DNA of 64,000 bases, taken from positions 248,001-312,000 of the forward strand of contig JBDOQK010000003.1 in the NCBI GenBank assembly GCA_040437565.1, in the 5' to 3' direction. Below, piece after piece: positions 12,657 through 23,032 of the stretch. This DNA comes from Albugo candida (lineage: Eukaryota). Positions within the stretch are counted from its first letter, which is position 1, and every line of letters starts with the position of its first letter. The notes beneath the pieces are model-generated. The model did no database searches. It saw nothing but the letters and a program-made list of their open reading frames with translations, and was not told the DNA's origin. Made by a program: the position numbers and the translations under genes.

Positions 12657-13833
12657 ATGAGAATTCGCGACGCATTTGCTGGCGGCTGTTTTCTCAATTT
12701 GAGGAAGCCTAAAGGGCTCACATCGCACGATTGCGTCGATAAAGTACGCAAAATAATCAAGAATCGTCAAATAGGACATTGTGGCACGCTCGATCCCTTT
12801 GCAGAGGGTGTTTTGCCTCTCGCAGTAGGTCGAGCCACACGATTCATTCAGGTACACTTCCTGTTCGTTTATAGCATATTTACATGACTTTGTAGTACTT
12901 AAACAACCACAAAGAATACGAAGGAAGTATACGCTTTGGTGTAACGACAAGTTCCGACGATATTGACGGGTACGTCATCTTTTCCGCCTGCTATACAATC
13001 AGCAGACTGAGCACAATAACAGAGACATCCTGACAAAGCGTCCGGCTTCGTGGCTCTCGCGAGAAACCATCGCAAAAACCATGCAAACATTTGTGGGGGA
13101 AATCCAACAGGTACCTCCTCGTGTGAGTGCTATCAAAATAAACGGACAGCGCGCTTACGACTTGGCTCGACGGAATGTGGTAAGCTCAGCGTATATGATG
13201 AATTTTAATGCTTTGTATCTCAAGTTGTGAAAGGATGTACAATTACAAGCGCGTCAGGTTGAGATTTATCAGATCCAGCTGCTCAAATTCAGATCCGGAG
13301 ACTTTCCTGAGGCGCTAATTAATGTCAAATGCGGGGCAGGGACTTATATTCGGTCCATTGCCCGTGAATGCGGCGAAGCTATTTTCCATCCAAAGACTCG
13401 AGAGACTATCGATTTGGTTAATTTTGAAGACGAAGGCGATCAAATTGTTGGAGGAACTCTCGCAACTTTATTGCGTAAGAGAAGCAGTAATTTCGATCTC
13501 AAAAGGAGCATCACATTGGAAGCGTTGGAAGCCGACTGGAAACTCAATTCGTATAACGTTGCGGCCGTACACTCCATAGAGAACGCTTTGGAGCATTTGC
13601 ATAGCGTACAGCTACCGTCGACACTTTCAGCGATGTATTTGAAAAATCAAATTGTCAACTTCCCAATTACATTGATTAAAGATACTGGCGTTGTTACAGT
13701 TCACGCGCCGTCAAAATCAGGACGTGCATTACGTATATACGATTCTGCAAAGCCAGCTCAGCTACTTGGAGTCTCACCCATTGAAATGACATCTTCAGGA
13801 AATGTTTGCTTGAGAAAGCGTCTATTTCTATGA
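12657..13833 (+). CDS. truB: tRNA pseudouridine(55) synthase TruB, bacterial type (4 exons)
   Basis: [24 protein letters not shown] (catalytic Asp), [42 protein letters not shown] and [12 protein letters not shown], joined by GT-AG introns. Confidence 0.95.
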
Positions 13834-13891
13834 TCCGTAGAGAAAACTGATCACTGAATAGACTGCTTTGACAAAGATAGATTCATTTGCA

Positions 13892-14983
13892 TTATTCAAA
13901 ATTGGGTCTTTGCATATCTTTCATCATTTGCTGAAGCCCTGTTGCCATGATGGCAGCAAATGCATCCATATTTATGGATGGCTTGGTGCTTTCTCCTTTC
14001 AGATTTTCCGATTCGTAAGAAGATGCTGATACTCCTGTTGGCTGAACCATATGCCGTGCTTCCTTGAAATCAGTGAATGAGAGCGGACGTAATTGCATCT
14101 TATTCTCTTCCGAGTTCTCCCCCTTTGAAAATGTGCTTCCGACTTTTTCCAAACATTCTCGAAGCGGGATCATTAGAGCAGCACGACATAGCTCTTTCAA
14201 ATCACTCCCGCTATAAGAGACTGTATCAAGACTAAGTCGTCGGAAATCGAAATCGATGTCGACGTCTTCATTTTGGAGATGTAATCTTAGAATTTTTTCT
14301 CGCTGCTCTTGATCCGGAAGACCAATCTCAAATGTCCGCGGCATTCGACGCAAAAAAGCAGGATCCTACACAATAATGTCAGCACGCTTCAATCAATCGA
14401 GACAGAGAATCACCCTACCACATCAAAGGGGCGATTTGTTGCTCCCAATACGATCACACCAAATCCTTGACCCGCGCTGGAAATATCTGTGAAGCCATCC
14501 CATAGCGCCAAAAACTCTGTTTTCATTGTTGCATAAGTCGGATCGAGTACGCTACTTCGTTTCCCCATAAAAGCATCGACTTCATCGATAAAGATAATGC
14601 ATGGTGCCAATTTCGAGGCCAACGAAAAAGCTGCGCGCACGAGCTTCTGAGACTCGCCAAACCATTTGCTCATCAAAGTACTGATTTTTAAATCAATAAA
14701 AAAAGCACCCGACTCTTTCGCGATCGCTTTTGCGAGCATTGTTTTCCCGGTTCCCGGTTTTCCATACAGAAGGATACCTTTTGGAATAGAGAGCAATTTC
14801 CCACGAGTATTGAAAAAATGTGGACATTTTAACGGAAGNNNNNNNNNNNNNNNNNNNNNNNNNNNNNNNNNNNNNNNNNNNNNNNNNNNNNNNNNNNNNN
14901 NNNNNNNNNNNNNNNNNNNNNNNNNNNNNNNNNNNNNNGTTTCCTACAGTTGCATCACTACTCGATGAGCTTTGTTTGCCCAT
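13892..14983 (-). CDS. ATAD1: AAA ATPase ATAD1/Msp1-like, interrupted by an assembly gap
   Basis: [46 protein letters not shown] and RRMP. The N-terminal part is mostly lost in gap 14839-14938. Probable ATG at 14983. Confidence 0.85.
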
Positions 14984-15080
14984 TGATTTTATAATACTAC
15001 CATCTTATTGTGCAGCTTACGGTACTACATCAGTAAGTGCGAAATTTAATAAAGCATCGGTGCACACAAATCCGTCGACG

Positions 15081-15889
15081 ATGAAAAAGCCACAAAGCTC
15101 GTATATGCTATTTAGCAACGATCAACGAAATCTGATCAAACAAGAAACACCGGGTTTATCTATTGGAGAAATTGCAAAGATCACAGGACTTAAATGGAAA
15201 GCTTTATCGACGGAAGATCGAGAGGTCTGAGTGATGTAATATCGCACAGAGTTACGACAACGTTGATAATGAGAATATGTAGCGATACGATGCACTAGCT
15301 AAATCAGCGAGAGATGACTACAAAAAGGCGCAAGAAGAAAACGTGGAGGATGTGTCCATGGAAGAGCAAAAAGCTTGCAATCCGGACGCTGTTGTCTATC
15401 CTTTAGGTTGACTTGAGTGGATCTATTCACATAACGAGACACTAACGTTTGATTCTAGCGCGTGTGAAGAGGATCGTCAAGCAAAATCCAAGTATTCACA
15501 AAATATCGAATGAAGCTCTTATCGCAATATCGAAAGCTACGGTATAATGATATCCGCCGGTATGAAACAATTTGTATAGTCACTCCTATTCCAAGGAACT
15601 TTTTGTAGAGTATCTGGGGAAAAAAAGTCACGAGCAAACACTTTATCGGAAACGGCAACAAATTAAGGCCTCTGATGTGATTCAAGCAATCCATTCATGT
15701 AGTATTTTGGAATGGTTACGTGACGATATCGAAATCATGAAAGAAATGGACATGTCAGAGAAAAAGTTATCGCAGAATGACTCGAGCAGGAAGACGATAA
15801 GCGACTTTTTCAAGGGATCAGCTCTCGCAAAAGAAGTCGAAGATCAAGGGGAAGAACAAAAGACTGAAGTAGCAAAGGTTTTAAATTAA
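15081..15889 (+). CDS. HMG-box plus H2A-like histone-fold (DPB3/CHRAC/NF-YC type) fusion protein
   Basis: Exons 15081-15224, 15283-15406, 15459-15541 and 15596-15889 splice in frame. HMG box KKPQSSYMLF..KWKALS..RYDALA is followed by YPLARVKRIVK..ISNEALIAISKATELFVEYL. Confidence 0.85.
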
Positions 15890-16280
15890 AGTGGATTTTA
15901 CAAAAACGAGCAACCAGATCGCCGATATCAAAACTCAAAAGCGCATTCTCATCAAGTCCGGGCAACATAGATTCGAGTTGGTTGTCAGGTTGATTTACTA
16001 TCATTCTATTTGCTCAATAAACCAAAAACACGGTCAGTAAGATGGCGTGCAAAGTGTCGTACCGCCTAGAGCATTTGCACCTATTGCCAATGCTCGGAAG
16101 TACCAAATTTCTTGTGCTCTCCGCTTCTAACATCTAATTAAAAGTGCTCGTGCATAACACACCGATTCATACAATAAGATGTTTTTATAAGTACAAGTCA
16201 ATGCTGACATTATTCGGAGGACTGCTTCTCTTCATTATGGTCCAGAGGAGCGAAATTTGTTGACGGGTTTCTGTAGACAT
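15810..16280 (-). CDS. Hypothetical protein (possible 3-exon gene)
   Basis: Exons 16280-16209, 16133-16081 and 16005-15810 join in frame through two ~75-nt GT-AG introns. No recognisable domain. Confidence 0.3.
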
Positions 16281-16549
16281 GGCATTTTCTTCGCGAAGAT
16301 TCAAACACAGATCTCTATCACGATTAATTTGATGTGTGGTAGCGTGGACTATGTATGCGTTTTCTTCAATATCATTTGTTTCCTACTCTCTTTGATGCAT
16401 ACAACTCATTAATTTACGTCGCTCTCCCAGTTAATGTCGTGACGTACAATGAACGTATACAACTGCTTACTGATTGCTTCCTCATCAACAGAGCATCAGT
16501 GAATTATTTGCATGTGCATTTATTTGCACTATCAATCGAGAGAAAAAGC

Positions 16550-16623
16550 GCTCCTGTAGCTCAGTTGGCTAGAGCGGTGGTCTTATGAGCCGCAGGTCGA
16601 GGGTTCGAACCCCCCCAGGAGCA
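16550..16623 (+). tRNA. tRNA-Ile (anticodon TAT), intronless
   Basis: Cloverleaf: acceptor GCTCCTG/CAGGAGC, D arm GCTC/GAGC, anticodon arm GTGGT-CTTATGA-GCCGC, and T loop TTCGAAC (one A-C mismatch in the T stem). Confidence 0.93.
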
Positions 16624-16905
16624 AACCTACCATTCTTGCTAGCTCGACATTCCAGCCAGCAATATGTTGCTTCCGTTAGATACGATAATCTCCGAGCGAT
16701 TCAATGTAGTCGCTGCGGTCGATTCCATACTTCGTGCATTGTTGACGCAACATGCTAGCATTCTTACTTCTTCTTCTTCTTGCTAGTCAACGTGACCTCA
16801 GTAATTCGCTTTCTTGTCGCCATTTTTGTTTCCTCCGTTGACTACATTTTGCGTGCTTCTAAACGAAAATCAACGGTGCTCTTTCTTGACACCAATCAAT
16901 CGACC

Positions 16906-18817
16906 ATGGAAGAACAGCATAAAGTCACATCTGCCATTAAGAATCACAAACATCGGATGGCTCGATCTACTTCGAAAACAAAACGCGGTGTCAAGCCAAA
17001 TCCCAAATCATCCAAGAAACCAGCTCCTATAATAAAGAATGTTCAAAAATATGCCAGACCGTCTACCTTACCTCTGCATAAAATCAAAGTAAATTGCTGC
17101 ATGAAGAAGGATTCTGTTGCTGAGACTGATGATAAATTCTGCTATAAAAGTAGAGAATCAAAGACAAAAAGCTACGAGGCGTATTAGAATTTGCAAACGA
17201 GAAACATCAGGAAGCAGCAATTGCTGCAGCCAAGTCCGAGATTTTATTGCCCAGCCAAGCCGGGTAACAAACTGCTTATGGTTCTCTTTGTGTGGGTGTT
17301 TGCCCAATGATATTATAACTATTTAGATTTTTGGAAGCTGAGGGTCTCGAAAAAACATTCAAAATGACACAAAACCAACTTGCAAAGCATTTGGACCAAA
17401 ACACAACACGCAAACACTATTCTTTGAATCTGGCCGATTACGGAGCTTATCGGCTCAGATTCACGCGAAATGGTCGATCAGTTTTATTGGGTAGCCAAAA
17501 AGGACATATAGCAATGCTGGATACTCTCCGAATGAGCTTAACGTGTGAATTTTACGCAAATGAGTTGGTCCGAGACGTTTCATTTCTTCAAAATAACTCG
17601 TTATTCTCTGTGGCTCAGAAAAAATACGTCTACATATACGACAGTACCGGTGCTGAAGCGCACTGCATCCGAAGTATACAAGCTCCCCAGCGTCTGGAAT
17701 ACCTACCTTTCCATTTTCTCTTATCAAGTGTCAGTGGTAATGGAGTACTATCGTATCATGATGTCACAAATGGAAAAGAAGTCGCGGTCCATCCAACTAA
17801 ACAGGGGTTTTGCGATTGTATGGCGCAGGTAAGTAATGATAAACAGGCTAATCAGTCATCCTGATTGAATGTATGTCATAGAATGCATGGAATGCCGTCA
17901 TCCACTTGGGCCACGCAAATGGGATCGTTTCTTTATGGACGCCAAACATGCGTGAAGCAGTCGTCAAGATGCAGTGTCATCAAGGACCAAGTAAGCTTTG
18001 GAGCTTTGCATCTAACAGTTTACTTGATTGACTGAATGATTTGTGGTGACTCCGTGTAGTTCGATCTCTGGCAATCGATCCAACAGGAAAATATATGGTA
18101 ACCGCAGGTGCGGATCGTAAAGTAAAGGTGTTTGATTTGCGAAAATACCAACAGATAAATGAAACTTACCTCAATGCGGCTGCTAACAATGTGAGCGTCA
18201 GTCAAAAAGGGTTGATCGCCGCAGGCAATGGTCCTCATGTTCGAGTGTTCAAAAACGCCTTCACCAAAGAGAAACCAGCGTTGTACATGACTCATCTACT
18301 CCCAAGCTCACAGATAACGGGACTAGAATTTCAGCCATATGAAGACATTTTAGCAATTGGCCATTCCAAAGGATATCAGTCTATCATTATTCCTGGAGCT
18401 GGTGAGCCAAACTTTGATACGTTTGCTGCCAATCCTTATGAAAACGCGAAACAGCGAAATGAGAGTGAAGTACACTCTCTTTTGGAGAAAATTCGACCAG
18501 AAATGATTTCGTTACACGCCGGTACCATCGGTTCTATTGATTTAGATCCCGTCGAAGCGCAACAAAGCAAAGTCGATTTGGCAAATCGTGCAAATCATAC
18601 TCGACCAATTAAACAGAAGAATAAAATGCGTGGCCGCAATCGCCCATCTCGGAGAGTGCAAAGAAAGCAACAGAATGTGATCGACGCACAGAAAGTTAGA
18701 CATCGAGAAATGCTAGCAAATAAGGCGAAAGAGCAAAAACGAAAACAACATATAGAGCAAGGGAAAGAAAAATCGCAACAAACGCCAACATCACTAAATA
18801 GATTTTTGAAGCGCTGA
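16906..18817 (+). CDS. WDR46: U3 snoRNP WD40 protein WDR46/Utp7 (BING4CT domain)
   Basis: [48 protein letters not shown] and [20 protein letters not shown]. Confidence 0.95.
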
Positions 18818-19122
18818 TACTTTGCAGTTGCTTTTCATTTGATAAAATAAAGACGGTCATCATTTACTTAAGCGAAAGAAGGAAATTGCCTGCGATAATC
18901 GAGCGAGTTGGAACGTTTAATGGAGAAGAGTAACGATGCAAGCTCCCGACCTTCTGTTCCGCTTGCAGGCTTCGTATCAACTTCAATGCTGATCTCATCA
19001 GATGGCGTATGTGATCTATTGTGATTCTGTGGAAACATTTGCGTGACTCAGACTCGCTGCAGTTTTTTGGAGAAAACACGGAAGAGAAACGAATCACAAA
19101 TGCTCCAATCATCGCCACAACT

Positions 19123-19719
19123 ATGTCTGATGGTGTCTATAAACCGCTATATGAAAGGCTGAAGGAACAGAGAGAGGAAAAAGAGAATGAGTGGAAGGAA
19201 AAGCATAATCCTTTTGGTATGAGTCGTTGAATTTCACAGCAAGCAGAGTACTTACAAAATGTTTGTAAAAGCACCTCCAAAAGCTTTGGATGATGAAGAG
19301 ATATCATTTATAAGGCAGCTCGAGACGAAAAAGCTAGATTCCGATATGCAGCGAAAAAAACAACAGGAGCATGATCGTGCTGCATTCTGTAAGCTGATGC
19401 TCCGTACTCAATTGTCTTGTGATTTTTGACCATTTTGATGCATCCAGTGGTGGCTAGAAATTCCAAAGCAGTTGCCCGTCCGATTTTACCAAATGTTTCC
19501 ATTTCAACTGGCCAGTCCAAAGCTAAAAAGATTCCTGCAGCTCCTTTGGTCCGGGTGCGTAGTAAGAGACCAGTGCCGCAAGAATCCGATGACAGAGATG
19601 GCGAATCGTCCAGAAGGAAGCAGCATAAGGAAAATATTTCGTTAGCACCGCTTTCCTCAAAAGCAAGCGAGCGTATTGTCAAATTGGTCGCCTACGATGG
19701 TGATAGCGATGACGGATGA
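19123..19719 (+). CDS. FAM192A: FAM192A/NIP30 (PSME3IP1)-like protein (3 exons)
   Basis: KPLYERLKEQREEK..EW, then PPKALDDEEISF, with C-terminal LVAYDGDSDDG. Confidence 0.75.
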
Positions 19720-19790
19720 TCTCAGATGCGAGAAGGTACCCAAGCAACAATCAAAATGGCATCACGGCAATGAATTTGAGTGCAAAGATG

Positions 19791-21094
19791 TTATCGCATC
19801 GTTTGGTACATCGATTGATAGTCCGTATAGAAACACTCATATCTTTTTGTGGAAATTGATCTTTTAGATATCGGATTGTTGAGCTTCTTTCTCGCCGACG
19901 AGGGAATCCTCTCAGTACCACGACTGTCGTGCTTATTTGTGGTCAGGCGGTAGCTTAGATTCGCTCAACCTTCGACATACCACATTAACGGGAGGAGAGG
20001 ATTCAATACAAACTCGTCGCTGAAGTCTGCCATGGATTCTTTTTGGTCGCTCCGGAGTTCTCGTCACATAGTGAGTCTTCTTTTTGGCTGATAGATTTCT
20101 ATCGAATTTTACCGAGCTTAGTGCTCCTACATTTCGAAGCCGATCTGCTGCTGCTCTGATGGAAGAACATTTTCCTCCTTCATCACTTTTAGCTTCAAAA
20201 TGGCTTCTATTTTGGATTGATAGATCACTCGCTTTTCTACTGTTTGTGTTGAGTACATCCCCTGGGAGTCTTGTGTGTGTATGGCTAGCATTTAATGTGG
20301 CAAACAGAGGAAGTTTCAGTACATCTTTCCGTTTGGCTACTCTAGGAACGGTAAGTCGATGTAGTTTATCTTCCAGATTTGAGCGTGTTCGCTTGTTGTT
20401 GTTTTTCTCGCTTGATAAACATGTTAAGAGACATGTTTGGGTCCTTTTTGCTGTCTGTAGCTATCACAAATAATCACCGTGAATGTTCGTTCTTTAATGA
20501 TGATGTAATACTTACATCCGTTGTGCATTGAGTAGCAGGCTTTACTGGCTGGGGTCTTGACGGTGGTAAATCTCCTTTAGGACAGTCAGTAAAGTCATCC
20601 ATCTCAATCTCGTAATACTTTAAAAGACGAGAAGCCATCGAAGTTGGAATTCTCGGTACAATCTCGTCCTTGATGAATGAGAGAAACGGAGGTATTTCAT
20701 CGTCTGCTTGTGACATTGAGACCGGTTTGCTCAGATCAAGAAGTAACGCTACCCGATTCAACAAGACAAAAATATCATCAACGTATTCTCCTCCATCATT
20801 CGATGAACTTGTGCACAAAATCAAGCGCAGTATCGCCTGTAATTGCAGCAAACGAATTTTTTCATCAACGCTCATACTCAAAATCAATACATTGATATCC
20901 TCCAAACTTATAATCAGATCCAAGATGTCTTGTGATAATTGTTTCTCTTTCTGCTCAAAAAGCTCGAATCCGTAGGTTTCCTGCAAGAATTTAGTTGGAG
21001 TGTTCCCGTCGATGCCGACTAAGGCGTCATCGTACAATTTCTTCCAAGTGTGGAGCGACATCGATTGGGTAATATACTTTTTAGTAAAATGCAT
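19791..21094 (-). CDS. Treslin/Sld3-like replication initiation factor (STD domain plus CDK sites)
   Basis: EKIRLLQLQAILRLILC..DDIFVLLNRVALLLD..FLSFIKDEIVPR resembles the Sld3/Treslin domain. A downstream exon not in the ORF track carries YVTRTP..CIESSP. Both ends are approximate. Confidence 0.6.
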
Positions 21095-21364
21095 CTAATT
21101 GTAAACCGAACCGATTCCGACTCGAAATAGAAACAGGTCTTTACCGGCTGAGAAGAAGTTCCAACCGTCTTTCAGAACGACACGATCACGAGCGATTGCG
21201 AAAAGCACATATATTTTTATCGTTATATATGGACTATCAGAAGATGAGCTTGACTGACTTGGTTCATAGAAAATGTTGTCAATCTGTAATAGGCGGAGTG
21301 GAAATAAGTAATCCGTCAACTAGGCGGGCGATGACACTTACCGACCGTGCAAAAAGTTACGAGG

Positions 21365-22129
21365 CTATTTGAATTTGTCCGATATTGAACGAGTAAATCT
21401 TTTTGCTCCTTCGTAAGCGTATGTAGCGACCTTAGCTAGTTCACCAGCGATATAATCCTTATTTTTCTCAATGAAATTTTGCAGCATTGATTTGCAAACA
21501 TCCGTGGGATCAACGCAATAATCAACGAGACTTTCAGGTGGATTCGTGCACAATACGGTGAAGATTTCTTCGGATAACGCCTGGTGTCCTAATTGCAAAA
21601 GCTCCGCAACACTTTTCTTGAATCTATTTTTCTTGTACAAGTCTTTGGTTTCTTCGACGACAGCTTTCTGTACCTCCTCAGGAAGTTCAAAAGGCTCGTC
21701 TACTTCTCGACTTGTTCCTGCTCTAGAAGCGTTGGACTTGGGTTTTGATCTTTGCTTCTTCTTTGGAGTCAACGAACGATCGAGCCATGAGATTTTACTT
21801 TTGATACATTCTTGAGCTTCTTCCCCGGATTCCTTACACGACTTGGATAGTTCATAACGAAAAAAGTCTGATTGAGAAAGCGCGTTGTCATTTTTATTCG
21901 CAGCGAGCGGAATATCTTGATGATTTGCCAAAATCGCTCCAAACTTTTCAGGCTGGTAGTCCACTGATTTTGACGCGTGAAGAAGAGGCATTTCAACGAT
22001 ACGCTGATCCGAATCTTGGTCAACTTTATCATGGCTATCATAGTCAGGTGATTTTCTCACATTTTGCGGTTGCGAGGTCCACGCATTTGAGAGAAGCAGA
22101 GCAAAGCTTACGACGAGTGTTTGACGCAT
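21365..22129 (-). CDS. Secreted orphan protein, candidate effector (254 aa, intronless)
   Basis: Signal-peptide-like MRQTLVVSFALLLSNAWTS, five Cys in the mature part, basic patch PKKKQRSKPK, no recognised domain. Confidence 0.7.
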   Translation of the reverse strand: MRQTLVVSFALLLSNAWTSQPQNVRKSPDYDSHDKVDQDSDQRIVEMPLLHASKSVDYQPEKFGAILANHQDIPLAANKNDNALSQSDFFRYELSKSCKESGEEAQECIKSKISWLDRSLTPKKKQRSKPKSNASRAGTSREVDEPFELPEEVQKAVVEETKDLYKKNRFKKSVAELLQLGHQALSEEIFTVLCTNPPESLVDYCVDPTDVCKSMLQNFIEKNKDYIAGELAKVATYAYEGAKRFTRSISDKFK

Positions 22130-22930
22130 CTGATGTTTTGTCGTGAGTAAATTATTGTATGGCCTATATGAATCGGGTCCAACAACAGCGTAAAACTCGA
22201 CGCACTGGCGTACGCTTGGCATACCACTTTTTGTCTCACCGTATCTTTTCTAAATCGCTATCGACTGTGTAGTCCATGTCTCGGTACATATGCGCCACGA
22301 TCGTGCCTGAAAAATTCTTACCATCGAGAGTACTTCGTTGAAGATCATCACGATCAGACGAATCTTACCCTTCCCGATTCGCGCACACGACATACTTTAG
22401 AATCTTATGGATCATTTCTGTTATAATGTTGCTGCTTGTAGCAAAAAAAGGTACATTGGACTTTTTGTGAAGAATCTATGCAACACCCTCACTCGAGTCA
22501 GAGGCTCGAACTGATCACACTAGGGTTGCTTTATATCCAAAACTGTACCTCCATATCCCTATCTCAGCTGTTCGAGTGTGTGAATCATAACCTGTAATCA
22601 ACGACAGGAAATGAGAAGGAGGCTCGGATGTACCTCCTTGTTGCCTCATGATGCGGAAAGGATGATTGCTTTATTGTATAGTAACTGTGTCCTTATAATG
22701 GCATTAGTCTTGGTAAATGCATATAAATAGGATCATCGAGCCATTTGGAGCAGTTAGGTGCACATTATGTTATTAGGATTGTGGTTACGATGCAACATTG
22801 TTACTCGTCGTTTTTGTTGATCAATATCATTATCTACTTTTTAATTAAAATTGCGAGAACTTGGAATACCTGTTGCAACACTTTCAATATTGATATGCTT
22901 CAAGGTATCGTTCGAATACATTTTATGGAG

Positions 22931-23032
22931 TAGGGCTGCATCTACGGATCTGGATCTGGATCTGAGAGTTGGATTCATATCCACTGGATATCCATTTGAG
23001 ATCCAGATCAAGTGGATCCATTTGCAGCCCTA
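22931..23032. mobile_element. 102-bp hAT-like MITE
   Basis: Perfect 10-bp terminal inverted repeats TAGGGCTGCA (22931-22940) and TGCAGCCCTA (23023-23032). The interior is built of GGATCT/GGATAT motifs in both orientations. The 8-bp flanks TTATGGAG and GTAAGGAC match at 5/8. Confidence 0.65.

Noticed and set aside
14760-14785. GTATCCTT on the minus strand resembling a U12 intron donor
   Set aside because: It lies within the conserved KGILLYG coding motif of ATAD1, so no intron is needed.
13892-14983. ATAD1 apparently lacking its N-terminal membrane anchor
   Set aside because: The missing part coincides with a gap of unknown true size, so this is not evidence of truncation.
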